Source: Eledone cirrhosa (lineage: Eukaryota). From it: DNA of 64,000 nucleotides. Under the pieces are notes generated by a model. That model was not told where the DNA came from. It searched no databases and saw only the letters and a list, made by a program, of their open reading frames with translations. The stretch is from assembly GCA_964016885.1 (NCBI GenBank), contig OZ024741.1, forward strand, positions 162,998,001 to 163,062,000, read 5' to 3'. Made by a program: the position numbers and the translations under genes. Each line of letters starts with the position of its first letter. The first letter of the stretch is position 1. Of the stretch, positions 1 through 15,791 are shown in pieces.

Positions 1-787
1 GAGAAAGAGCTATAGAGGAAGAATGGATTCCAGTACTGTGCTGGTACTGTCTTAATGATCTCAAAAGTTTGAAAAGGAACGTTTTCCTCGGCGGGATATG
101 AACATAGTGAGTACTGAAGGCTGAAACAATTACTACAAGGCATTCTATCCGAGGTTCTAACAATCTTCCAATTCGCCTCATAATATAATTTTCTTTACTT
201 TCTATATATTATGGTATATATTTATTGAATGTGTTCCTTCACACTACACGTAAACGAAACTCATAAATTTTAGTGCTTCCGACAAAAGTGAAAACATTTT
301 TAATAAAATAGGAAAAAATAACAAGGGCTGCTCTATAAGCCGAGCACAAGGAGGCATGATTTGAACTCAGAATGCGCTGAACTGGAAGTGGTACTTTACA
401 TCTAAACCAAAAAGGGTGAAATGAAAAGTTGACCATAGCGGGATATGAATTCAAACTGAACTAAAGACTCTGCTAATTCAATTTTAAAAAATCCATCAAT
501 AGGATATTTGTTCCAAATAAGAATAGCACGATAATAAATCGAAAATATAAATTACACCTCCATAAGTTTATCACTGGACCCTGTTTTCCTAGCCTCTGGT
601 TTGTGTAGTATTTTAGGGTTCGGACGTAAATAATTGATAACGAAATATGATCAGGCAACCGAATGCTATAAAGTAACAGAATACATTAATTTAACAGTTA
701 TAACCCACTGTGATAAGTGATTTCATCTTGATGTACAAAACACATTCAGACTTTTAGTATTGGGCAGAGTGCACCATATCATGAGCG

Positions 788-1050
788 TGAAGGTGTATGG
801 CTTATTGATTAGGGTTTTTGGCTTACCATTGTAAAGGCGACATTTGAATTCCCCGTGGTGCGTAATGTCCTTGAACAAGACACTTTATTTCCCGTTACTT
901 CAGTCCACTCAGCTGGCAAAAATGAGTTAAACCTGTAATTCAAAAGCCTATTCTTGTCACACACTGTGTCACGCTAATTCACCCTGAGAACCAGATTAAC
1001 TGTACACGTGTCTGAGAATGCTCAGTCATCTGCACGCTAATTTCAACTCG
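788..1050 (+). mobile_element. tRNA-derived SINE, degenerate copy
   Basis: Decayed A/B-box head (GAAGGTGTATGGCTTATTGATTAG...TTTGAATTCC) followed by TGTCCTTGAACAAGACACTTTATTTC. The same core occurs inverted at about 29725-29750. Confidence 0.6.
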
Positions 1051-1337
1051 AACACTTGTCATCTGAAATGACGAAGTCCAACAAATATCATCGGTGTTAT
1101 TTGGATAGAAACACCAACGCATTCGCTTAGATTTCTCAGATCCTATCATATCGGCTACCCGCAGGTTTGAGTGAAGGAGATTATACAATGACATTTTCAT
1201 TCTGTAACCTGAGATTGTGCTGAGAAAAGAATTCGCCACGGGAGTAGGTAACACATTTCAAGATAATGAAATTGAAATAATAAATAATTCTCGGAGATAA
1301 GCTGTTTGATAATGATGAAAAAAATGATGATGATGAT

Positions 1338-1490
1338 AATTGTTTCTACTTTAGGCACAATGCCAGCAATTAACCAGTGCATTACTGGTACTTTATTTTA
1401 CGACCCCGTAAGGATGAAAGGCAAAGTCAAGCTCGGCGGGATTTGAACTCAGATCGTAAAGGGACGTAACTATGCTGGAAAGCATGGCGA
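1338..1490 (-). mobile_element. Abundant tRNA-derived SINE (family with GCCTTTCATCCTTACGGGGTCGATAAAATAAAGTACCAG core)
   Basis: Minus strand has a B-box (GAGTTCAAATCC) and then the core. Related copies at about 20-180, 3490-3690, 7075-7270, 13405-13525(+), 24221-24358, 28085-28290, 28300-28500, 40280-40390(+), 45412-45604, 51705-51900(+), 53820-54030 and 55190-55350. Confidence 0.8.
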
Positions 1491-1516
1491 TAATAATAAT
1501 CATTGTTTATATGTAT

Positions 1517-1551
<35 letters not shown>

Positions 1552-1617
1552 CATACATACATATACATACACATACATATACATACATATACATATACAT
1601 ATATATATATATATATA

Positions 1618-1647
1618 CTAGCTAAACTACCCGTCCTTTGGACGGTT
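1618..1647 (-). mobile_element. Helitron 3' terminus
   Basis: Minus strand reads hairpin ACCGTCC-AAA-GGACGGGT, then a short spacer, then CTAG|T next to a (TA)n array. Confidence 0.6.
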
Positions 1648-2230
1648 CAAGTAGCTTTCGATGTAGCTCATTAAACTAAACAAAGTAAATTTGAATACAT
1701 AGAAGAAAAACGTACTTTATGTAAACATGAAAACCTTAGGCACTATTCCAGCGAAATAATTTTAGATAAATTTAAGCATAATATTGTAAAAGTTATGACA
1801 TCACTTAATGTATGAACATCAAGCTTGAAACGATAAATTATACAATGTCAAATCTATAACTTAACTTAGTAATCTGTTAGAAATTGCTGGTTGTGAAATA
1901 TACAAAATGATATTGTTAGTCTCTTTGTTTCAAGTACAAGGTGTAAATTAAAATCCGAATGAGCCGAATTACGAAAGATAACTCTTGATTACGAAACATA
2001 ACTCTTGTCTTACTTAATCACGAAATTCAAACAAATAACCGAAACTATTTTAATGTCTCCAAAGGCCCCAATATCGATTTTTGAAAGCCTTTGCAGATCA
2101 CGTACAGGGTTTGTGTAAGGAGGTAAGGAGAAGCTCTGTAAACAATTTCAAAGAAATCGCATGAATGTTTAGAATATATGAGCCCTCATTAAAAATTGAA
2201 TTGTGCACACACACATACAGAAAACTACAG

Positions 2231-2890
<660 letters not shown>

Positions 2891-3889
2891 TATAGTTATA
2901 CTACGATTTAAGAATTACATTTGGTTAGTTAAAGCCCAAGTGTATGAAACAATGTCGTCAAATCAACTGTTTCCATTCTGTATTCTGTTTCCTTTGAATC
3001 AAAAGAGCTATACCTGAATTTGTTTAGGAAATCAAATTTTCAAGAAATCAATTTTTTTTTCAAAATACTTAAATATATTTCTAGGATAAAATTATATAAA
3101 AATAATGAATAATTTATATAGAAAAAGAAAGTAGTATTGAAAAGAACTATAAATTCTATAAAATGAGAGGAAAACGAGGAAGAGAGCAAGGGAAATTAAT
3201 CGACAAAAGAAAGAAAGGGCGAAGAGTGTAAATAGGACGATTGAAAAGAGATTTCATCATATTACTCATACATATTTTATACACTCTACAAAGATAACGT
3301 CCAGTATAAAATTAATGAATTTGGCAAAGTTTAAACTGAAAACACAGAGAAAGAAGCAATAGGGTTACGTAAGAATTTTTATTTTCCACTTCACTGTTAA
3401 CTAACTGCGCCATACGCTTATAATTCTTCAACAAAAAATATTGACAAAATTTATTAAAAAAACAACAGCATAATTAATAGTAATTCCTAATTTAGGTACA
3501 ATGCCAGCAAATTTGGGCAATGACAACGTTGATTTAACAAGCCCTCAGTATTCGACTGGTATCTTTCTTGTCGATCGCGTAAAGGCAAATTTGATCTCGG
3601 TAAGATTTGAACTACGTAAGAATGTTAAGTACCAGAACAAATCCCACGATGATATTTTATCCGACACTACAAATTCTGGAAACCAATCACGCTCAAACAG
3701 CAACACTAATATTAGTTACATAATAAATCCACGTTTTATTACATGATTCTAAAAATTAATTATTTCAATCAGATACCATTTTTAGAAACATTTAAGATGT
3801 ATAATTAGAATTGAACTCAAATGTAAATATTTTCAATTTCCCTAACAAACGTGGGTAAGTAAGTGTTGAGACCATTTCGATTCATAATT

Positions 3890-4090
3890 GACTACTTATT
3901 CTTTGGAGTGTAGTTGGTCAGAGTCCTCAAGCACGCCATCCAGCAGGTCCTGTCATGAGCAACTGTCACTATTTGATCCTGCTGGATCCCCAAGCGAGAT
4001 CAACCGAGCTCAGTTATGTTTTCCAATCATCTTGATCAGCATCTACCCACGGGTCTCCTGCCGATTGGTTTTATCCGTAATATTTGTCTA
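3890..4090 (-). mobile_element. RTE-like LINE 3' remnant
   Basis: Minus strand translates to PIGRRPVGRC*SR*LENI, resembling the RPxGRPxxRWxDNI C-terminus of RTE. Related sequence at about 11720-11800 and 63240-63330. Confidence 0.45.
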
Positions 4091-4719
4091 GCGCTTCTAG
4101 TTTGTTCTTGCGCCGTTAAAAATAATAAACAAGTTAAATATATCTGCATATTCTATATTGCTTGAACATTAAAAAGGCGTTCATATCATATTTATGATAT
4201 GTGGATGCAGCATGGCCGAGTGAGTAAGATGTCTGATTCGCAAATATATGATTCTGGGTTTAAACCAAATGCCTGGAATCTAAGGTAAGTTCTATTTACC
4301 ATAGACTAAGGACGTTCTAAGATTCGTGCATGAAAAAGAGTAGATGTAAACTGATTGGAGGTCTATCTGATGGATTGTACCTCTGGTTCAAAGTTCCATC
4401 TTTATCCCACACACTGGTCACGCTGCGTTTCCCAGGGAATTATGTTAAGGGTTCTCGTGTCTGTTCAACGCCTAGTCACTTGTATATTAGTTTCACAAGC
4501 TGGAGGTACCAATGATCGAACAACTGGAACAATCATTGTCGAAATTGACGGAAGTATATTCTATATCCAGCTCATCCCATATAGATTATATATGGACAAC
4601 ATATATTAACGATTTCAAAATTTCGATAATCCTCTAATTACGCCAACGGGACCATATATAACAATCCACTTATCTATCACATACGATCTTTACTGCTTAA
4701 ATTACATTCCAATGTTTGG

Positions 4720-5355
4720 CAGGGACGAATTTAATGAGGAGAAGGGTGCAAAGGGAGCAATCGCCTCCGGTCCACCGCAGCGTGGGACCTACCAAGGATG
4801 TCCTTAACAATTTATTTGTACCCTATGCTAGACTTTTTAGTTTTATCCTTTTGACAACGAGAACTATAGTTTTAACAAAAACTATTTAATATCCTTACTG
4901 TAGCAAAGTTCATCAATTTTCCTCAACTTTAGATATCAGAACAATATTCTAATACAAAGTATTTGGTGTTGCTCTGTAAAGTGATTGTGCTGGTATCGCA
5001 AAAGCAATGCACCCAGTAAACACTCTAAAGTGTTTATGTTAGGAAGGGCATCAAGCCATAGAAACCATGCCAAATATGTAATATATAAGCAAGATGAGAT
5101 CTATTTTCTATGTCTCATGTCGAACGGCGACAACCTGTCCAATACATGCCATTGCGGAAAGTGGACGTATAATGAAAATGATTAGATTTTATAAATCTAA
5201 TATCTGCATGTATAACGTTTCAATTCCTAATACTTGCGCCAGCCGACTTTGATATGTAAAATTGGGGGTTTGCTGTGTATTCTAATAGTTTTGTGAACAA
5301 TAGATCCCCCTAAACCTGAAGTGCCCCGGACCCCAAAGGTCTAAATCCGGCCGTG
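4720..5355. mobile_element. Non-autonomous hAT-like DNA transposon (MITE)
   Basis: Imperfect TIRs CAGGGACGAATTTA / TAAATCCGGCCGTG, flanked by an 8-bp TSD (ATGTTTGG at 4712-4719, ATGTTTTG at 5356-5363). Confidence 0.7.
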
Positions 5356-7464
5356 ATGTTTTGCAAAACATGCCTATCATTCACAAGCTATTTTCTATTT
5401 TTCTATATCATTTATTTCTTTATCAACTCCTGCGTATATTTTCCAGTCACCTAAAAACCGTTTACATGTTGTTTTTCCTTTTTAAATACTAACTTCAAGA
5501 AGACATATAATTTCTTATTATTTTCTACCCAGACATTTATTTGTCCCTGTGGAACCAAGTGTATTTATTGACCTTAACATTTGTTTTATCATATCTCACA
5601 CCAAAACCTTCAAGTGTTCTTTTTCTTGCATCAAACTTTTAAGATTGAAGTAAATCGTAAGCATTAATGAATGATTTCAGTTTGGCAGCTTTTAGTGTTT
5701 AATATGATCAAGAGGTTACTGATTGCCTGATATGACCGTTTTAGCTCAGTAAATTACTATTCAAACATTCCCTAGATAGACGGATGCAAGTATTGCGTAA
5801 TTTAATAAGAAGCTGGAAATATATGAGGAAATAAGAGGAAGATTCTCGAAGGCTTTAGGTGAGAGACTTATAAAAACATGTTAAGTCAATAAATTTACTT
5901 GCGTAAATTGGGGGCAAAATACAAAAATAAAAATAAAAAAGAATTAAGTTCATACTGAGATAAACAAACTGTGATAGTTTGAAAGTCATAAACTCTGTTA
6001 AGAGGTCGATGCATTACTGCTGCGTATTTTATCGACCAAAGAAGGATCAATAGAAATGCAGACTGGAGTCAGCTTTGAAAAACAATTTAAATGTTATAAA
6101 GCATTATCCTCCTCACGATTTATACAGCTTAATCATACAATGAATTATTCCCATATTATAAGTAATAGATTAAACTGAATCACATTTATTGTAGACAATT
6201 TCATATTGGCACCGGTGATCCTGAATCCTGTATTGGTTTCGACGATGAACATTCAGTCGTTGAATCAGCAGAATGTACGACTCGTGAATGAACGTATAAG
6301 TGGCTGAGTGTTCTACAGACATGTCTACCATTAACGTAACATTAAGATAGAACCAGTATTACACACAATATGACAAGGCTACATCTTTGAATTACAAATG
6401 TAATTCACTTGACGGGCTTCCTCACACTTTTCCACTACCAATTTCACTCACACGGCTTGGGTCAATCCTAATCTATAATAATGGGATCGCAGTGAGATCT
6501 AACTCGGGACATACTTATTGCGAAGCGAACGTCTTAATCACTCAGCTAGGGACCAATTTAACTGCAAAGTGAACAAAAATATTGGAACTAAACAAAGGAG
6601 TGGTGGTGTGCACTGTTTCCCAGCTAAATATAACATACAACTGTCTTTTAAATTACATTTCAGTTTCATAAAAGTTGGGAAGATGATATGTAAAACAGTC
6701 TCAGCGTCCCGTAAAACTACCGAACGCTATGGCTGCAATGCATTTCATCGTAGTTCTACTTCATGAATGTTGACCTGGAATAAATAAGGAACAAGTCATG
6801 TAATCACACATTCAGTTTTACAACACTGATGCTTTTATCCAGTGGAACAGATACGTGTGATAAATGTATTAGTATTTTACTAGCATTCCTAAGAAGACGA
6901 TCTTGAATTTCTATCTAAAACAGGTGCATTCAAACTGCCTACCTCTAGTAAAAGTATTTATACTTAGGACTTATTCGGTTTCTTAAACCTGAAATGTATG
7001 GGCATATGTTTGTGATTCCGTATAATCATTATATTGTAATAGTTTGCTAATTTATTCTCCGTGCATTATGAAATAATTATTTCTACTATCGGTAACATGT
7101 CGAAAATTTGATTAGTGGATTAAATAAACACAGCTAATTCATTAGTAATTTATTTTATTGATTCCGGTAGGTTGAAAGGCAAAGTTGATCTAGGCAGTAT
7201 TTGAACATTAGAACGTAATATGCCGTAAGTAAATATTATAATCCATTTTGTGTGACTCTTTAACTGTTCTGCATGTCAAACACCCTATATACACAACATA
7301 ATATATATTAAAGTGTTTGCGGAGCAGCTGAAGTATACGATAAAGTTATATCCGTATATATACAGAATATGCAGAAGTAACTGAGACTGCATACATGTGT
7401 GTAGGCATGTCATCAGGCCAAATATACGCATTTCGTGGTAAATTGAAAAAACAAAAAAACATAA

Positions 7465-7513
7465 ATACCTTCAACCCGTTTTCAAGCCTAATTGGGCTTT
7501 CATCAGAAAGCAT
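7465..7513 (-). ncRNA. Minimal type-I hammerhead ribozyme fold, probably inactive (cleavage site UG)
   Basis: ATGCTTT-CTGATGA-AAGCCC aatt AGGCTT-GAAA-ACGGGT-TG-AAGGTAT. Helices I and II pair, but H17 is G. Confidence 0.55.
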
Positions 7514-9437
7514 GCGCATCATCCAAACAAGCACAAAGAACTACGTAATCGTAGAGCTCATATACCCTATCATTTATTGTAGTTTCCTGAAATGGGTGTA
7601 TCAATTTGCATAATATTAGCGCTAATGTTGACATTTAATTAAGATAAATATTAAGATGTGCGCTTTTCTTTGTACGATATGTACACAGAAAAGCGGTAAC
7701 TAAGGCTTCGTAAATGTGTGTATAAAATTAGACATTGATTGTGTAGACATATAAATATGCCAAACATACGTTATTATATAATGCTATAATATACTAATAC
7801 TCCTATGTGGATTATCATACGGTAGTGAAGGCATGTAGCTTAGTGGTTGATGCGTTGGATTTATGATCGGAATGTCATGAGTTTGATTCCTGATGATTTG
7901 TTTTATGATGCATTATATGTTTATTGTGGCTGTTATTTTTGTGTCACCTCAAACCATATCTGCTGTAGTAGATCTATGGCCAAGGGTACCCCAGTGGTAA
8001 TCATTCAGTCATTTCGTATTGATCTCGGAGTATGGTGTACACTTTTTAGAGAGTTCATTGTACTTTCAGATAAACATAGCTGCTATTTCTAGCAGATCAG
8101 TACGTAGGGACATTCGCATTGGCCGCTTGTCTATATGTGCTATTCTAATGAATTGTTATTGAAATATGGCCTCCAAGGACGACTCTACTGTAACTATAGT
8201 AACAGATGTTCTATTAAATTGAACTTTCAAGGTACGAAAGGGCATGGAACCACATCGTAAGCTACATTACTCATTTAAATAGTCAATGTTTTAAATACCT
8301 TGACGCATTCCTGAACCTTGAACTCCCGATGAAGTCGTAGGTGCACGGTCACGCCCTAGACCTACAGCATGTCTTTAAAACCTATTGGCACCCAACCCTC
8401 TTCAGTTCTTCACATAGCCAATTTCTTCCAGAGAATGAAAGAAAGAAAGAGAGAAAGGTGAGATAGATTGACAGAGAAAGATGTTACTCTAGTATTGAAC
8501 TGAGAGAGGTAGAACGAATACCACCAAGGCTTCCGCATGCTTGTTGTTCTAATACATTGTTAAAACTTGAGCTACACAGAAAACTTTATTGTAAATAAAA
8601 TAACAAATGACGTTGCCTATTCACTACTTTATATGGTCGTATATAAAGCTGACAAATAATCAGTAACCTCAATCATCGCTTTCCTACTTACTGCAAGGTA
8701 AACACATTCCTTATATTTCTCCCTAACTTTGTATTTCGAATGTTTAATCTCTAACATTTGGTCGCAGTAGTTTGGAATTGACTGATATTTAAAGAAACAC
8801 CATGTAATTAAATAGAAAATGTCAACAGCTAATATCACAATTGCCTGTGTTTTATGCAGCCTAAACACAATATTATATGTTAGCTTCTATCATTATTTCC
8901 ATTAAAAGCATGAGGAAAATTTTAGTGCAAGAGAGTAATCATATAATTTTCTAATGCTATTAAAATGCTTTTTAATAAACGTAACATGGAATACGTATTA
9001 GCATACTAACGATATAGCCGTAGCAATAAAACTAATTTGATTATTGGTTTTAAGAAGAGCCATTTAAATGAAGATTGTTCGGAAAAGGGCATTGTTATTT
9101 TGGTTTTAGTAATTATTAATGTAATTGCTTATAAACAGAACAAATAAAATTTCTTGTAAAAATACACTTGATTAGTCTTTCATTTGTGGATGACGACGTA
9201 GGAAACTACCATGTGTGAGAATTATATAAAATACAACAATTATATAATAATACCTGACCGCAAAGCATGTATGTATACATGTGTGAATGTTCTTTGTATA
9301 TGTATTTATATACACACATATACACACATCCACACATACATACACGTACACCCACACACATACACTCACGCACGCACACATATATATACGACTGTTAAAA
9401 CTTTGGTTTATACCTAATACACACACACACACACGCG

Positions 9438-9490
<53 letters not shown>

Positions 9491-9499
9491 AAGTTTGTC

Positions 9500-9570
9500 C
9501 TCATCAGTGGCCATCCAACCGTCGTAGGCATTTCGTCGCATTAAAGGTCATATACCTCAGGTTGGTGCGA
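9500..9570 (-). ncRNA. Candidate non-circularly permuted hammerhead ribozyme (copy 1)
   Basis: TCGCA-CCAACC tg AGGTA-TA-TGACCT-ttaa-TGCGA-C-GAAA-TGCCT acgac GGTTGG-at-GGCCA-CTGATGA-G. Confidence 0.65.
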
Positions 9571-10126
9571 GCAACGGCTAAAAAAAAGTCGTTGGGACAC
9601 GTAAATAAAGGGGACGCTAGGGTAAACAAACAAAATGGTTTAAGCAGCAGAAAGTGATGAAGAAGGAAACAAGTCCCAGATTTCTATGAATATAAATTCG
9701 GTGGAATCGTGAACGAGAGAATAAAGACCATCAAACCTGGTTGAAATGTGAGCAAGGAAGGAATTTCGCACAGGTCTAACGGGAGGAAGAAGGGGTCTGG
9801 TCTGCGAATTCGGTAAACATAAGTTCTGTGAAGTCGCAGACAAGAGAGAGAGAGAAAAAAAAAATTCATACCGGCTTGGCCAAGTGCCGGCGAGAAAAGG
9901 ATTACGGACAGGTCAAACGGGAAGAAAGGGGAGGAGGAGAGGTAGTGACAGAGAGTGAGTGAATGAAAGGTGAGGAAGAGGCTAACAGAGAGAGAGAGAC
10001 TGCTAGAAAGGGTAAAGACACAAAGAACGAAACAGACTGGTGGCAGCGGAGGAAAAAATATATTTGTAAATATGATAATAATGGAGCTGCGGCGCTGCAA
10101 ATGGGTTACATATGAAAAAGTTTGTC

Positions 10127-10197
10127 CTCATCAGTGGCCATCCAACCATCGTAGGCATTTCGTCGCATTAAAGGTCATATACCTCTGGTTGGTGCGA
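10127..10197 (-). ncRNA. Candidate non-circularly permuted hammerhead ribozyme (copy 2)
   Basis: TCGCA-CCAACCA g AGGTA-TA-TGACCT-ttaa-TGCGA-C-GAAA-TGCCT acga TGGTTGG-at-GGCCA-CTGATGA-G. Confidence 0.68.
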
Positions 10198-11899
10198 GCA
10201 ACGGCTAAAAAAAAGTCGTTGGGACACGTAAATAAAGGGGACGCTAGGGTAAACAAACAAAATGGTTTAAACAGCAGAAAGTGATGAAGAAGGAAACAAG
10301 TCCCAGATTTCTATGAATATAAATTCGGTGGAATCGTGAACGAGAGAATAAAGACCATCAAACCTGGTTGAAATGTGAGCAAGGAAGGAATTTCGCACAG
10401 GTCTAACGGGAGGAAGAAGGGGTCTGGTCTGCGAATTTGGTAAACATAAGTTCTGTGAAGTCGCAGACGAGAGAGAGAGAAAAAAAAAATTCATACCGGC
10501 TTGGCCATGCCCGCGAGAAAAGGATTACGGACAGGTCAAACGGGAAGAAAGGGGAGGAGGAGAGGTAGTGACAGAGAGTGAGTGAGTGAAATGTGAGGAA
10601 GAGGCTAACAGAGAGAGAGAGACTACTAGAAAGGGTAAATATATATATATGAAAACATGTGTTTGACTGAAATAGCTGACATCGCTTATTCTTGTATAAG
10701 AAGATTAAAGTGTTTCTACTCACCCGTGTAGGGTCTTAAAATGCACGCTTAAGAAAATGCACCAGCGGCAATAAGGTAGTATGACCCCACCCCCATCACA
10801 ATCGTTATCTTTTCTAGGATTTAATTCGGAGAAGATATGGCTATTTTCTCAGAGGTGATGGAGTCTGTCTTACATGAAATGGACTATTATTTATTGAAGA
10901 GAGGCTTCACCTTACAGGAATTGTGGTCTCTTATATCGGAAACAGATTTCTACTGACCGGGGCTGAACTCATGTTTATAGTAAATGTCCACCTTTCATTA
11001 CAAAATTTGAGACATATTGACAGAGCAAATGAGAAAAAATAATGAAAAAATAGTTTTTCTTTAATAACAAGGATCCCATATGTTTATTGTATATAAACAT
11101 ATAGTATATACTTTCATAAATAGCCTTATCACTCTTTACACTGTCTTAAAGCTACTGCCAATTAATTATAACCAGTCCAGTTCTCACTATACGCAAATGA
11201 ACATTTCCAGCACAATCTATATAGATTCTAGTATATTTCCATGTCAATACTGATGGGGCGAATGTCTGTGATGAGAGATTAGGGAATCTTGAAACAGCAC
11301 TGTCTGGCATTCTCGAGTGACATTTCATATCTGTGAAAAAGAGAGAATATTTTCGTAACGAGAAAATATTGTTTCCTTGGCAGCGATATATATATATATA
11401 TATATATAAGTGGTGTGTATGAAAGTACATACTATATATATATATATATAATATATAATATGGCTAAAATGCCTCTGCCGCCAGACCGATGACGGGATCT
11501 CTTGTTCCATCGTGGAGGAGCACACAAGTATTGCATATGCATTATGCAACTTGCTATGTAGCTTTCAGAATTCCCTGTAACCTATCAAACATTTGTATCG
11601 ATTATATCGGTTCTAATCAACAAGAGCGGTCCAGGTTAGTTTTCAACATTTCTGTATATATCGTTGTTGTGGTATATATATATGACCACTGCATTCTGAC
11701 GTTTTTCTTGGTGTCAAACTTAGCTGGTCACGCTGGGGGATCCAGTTGGATCTGTTGAGGACGGTTGCTTCTGACAGGACCCACGACTGTCTCAGGAATA
11801 AATTTGGACGACAATGTATTAACATCTCGCTCCATTGATTGGCTCAAATAGCTCGAATAGTACCTGCTATATGGCAGCTACAACCTCGATTTCTACCTA

Positions 11900-11993
<94 letters not shown>

Positions 11994-12177
11994 ATATATA
12001 TATATATGTATGTATATATATGTATATATATATATATATATATTTCGTTTCTGAATTTGTTTAGCAAGATTCTTTATCTGAAATCGTGTGTTGAAACCGA
12101 TATTGTTATACTTTGGGAGGGTCATGTTGCAACTGGTGCGTGTGTTTCTTATTGGCAACATGACCCTCCCAAAGTAT

Positions 12178-14073
<1,896 letters not shown>

Positions 14074-14239
14074 GGGAAGAAGACGCACGAGGTGACGGAG
14101 GTCATGAAATCGCTCCCGTAAGTTTTGAATTTTTAACATATTTAAATCATTTGTGAAATAACAACTCTTAGTACAAATGCTACGTAAAGCACCCGGCTTG
14201 AGCCCCCAAAAAATTCGGACCCAAAATATATTGTTATAA

Positions 14240-15219
14240 GGCTCAAATATTCAAATATTCAACTTTGTATTGTACACTGTATATCCAAAAAAAAATGGCT
14301 ATAAATGGAAGAAGAAGAACCCCCCCCTCCTCTCCTCTGGCTACACTATATAGGACAGCGAAACTCACCAACACCAGAAACTAGATACACCACCCACCCC
14401 ATCATCTGTGTACACTAAACACAACAGCATTTTCACCTTCACCGCCACCGCTCACTACGGCCATCATTACCACCACTATCCCATCACCGCCGCCACCACC
14501 CCTTGACTCCTTCACTGCTGCTGCCACCGCTACAGCACCATCACTACAGTAATACGGCTCAAATATTCAAATATTCAACTTTGTATTGTACACTGTATAT
14601 CCAAAAAAAAAAAAAAATAAATAAATAAAATGGCTATAAATGGAAGAAGAAGAACCCCCCCCCCCTCCTCTCCTCTGGCTACACTATATAGGACAGCGAA
14701 ACTCATCAACACCAGAAACTAGATACACCACCCACCCCATCATCTGTGTACACTAAACACAACAGCATTTTCACCTTCACCGCCACCGCTCACTACGGCC
14801 ATCATTACCACCACTACCCCATCACCGCCGCCACCACCCCTTGACTCCTTCACTGCTGCTGCCACCGCTACAGCACCATCACTACAGTAATACGGCTCAA
14901 ATATTCAAATATTCAACTTTGTATTGTACACTGTATATCCCCCCCCCAAAAATAAAATGGCTATAAATGGAAGAAGAAGAACCCCCCCCTCCTCTTCTCT
15001 GGCTACACTATATAGGACAGCGAAACTCACCAACACCAGAAACTAGATACACCACCCACCCCATCATCTGTGTACACTAAACACAACAGCATTTTCACCG
15101 TCACCGCCACCGCTCACTACGGCCATCATTACCACCACTATCCCATCACCGCCGCCACCACCCCCTGACTCCTTCACTGCTGCTGCCACCGCTACAGCAC
15201 CATCACTACAGTAATACGG
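14240..15219 (+). repeat. Three tandem 316-338 bp monomers
   Basis: GGCTCAAATATTCAAATATTC starts at 14240, 14556 and 14894. Copies are nearly identical apart from homopolymer length. Confidence 0.92.
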
Positions 15220-15791
15220 TCGCATCACCGCCACCACTGCCTCGGTACCGACATCACCACCACCACTGTCTCAGTATCGCCAACGCCGCCAATCTCTGCT
15301 GGCTACCACTTCCACATTATAGAATTCCTACTACTAACAAAGAGGAAGGCATCAAAATATATAGATAGACTCAAAAGAAAAAAGAAAAAACAAACAACAA
15401 AAGCAGCACAGCAACAACAACAGTAAAAAACGAGAAAAACAGAGAAAAACAAAAACAAAAAAAGAAACCCCAAAAACGTAAAGAAAATAAGAATGAAGAG
15501 AGAAGCAGGCGGACGGACAGAGAAGAGGGGGGAAAAAGTAAAACTTAAAAAACAAAAACTAAGTCAGACATTCGAATACTACATTACAATGAAACTTATG
15601 CTTATTCATTTTTGGGGCCCTTTCTGCCCGTGTGTTTGTTTGTTTATGTGTGTCCGTATACAGCGTGGTGATAATGCCACACAAGGGCCAAGTGGGATGG
15701 CGGATCCACAGATGGCTATGTAAACATACATTCGCCAATCCTCGATAAGAGTGTTTAAATATCGAACATAAACAGTTCGAATAACGGTGAA

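Larger units (their letters stand above)
9487..10639 (-). mobile_element. 627-bp unit x1.8 non-coding tandem between (TA)n arrays (retrozyme / Penelope pLTR-like)
   Basis: The unit starts at 9487 and again at 10114, with near-identical copies. Each carries a hammerhead-like motif, and the unit is homologous to 58470-59648. Confidence 0.75.

Noticed and set aside
15612-15720. Possible HDV-like ribozyme before the Dong ORF (GGCCCTT/AAGGGCC stem)
   Set aside because: P1.1, L3 and J4/2 could not be assigned; only a generic stem is supported.
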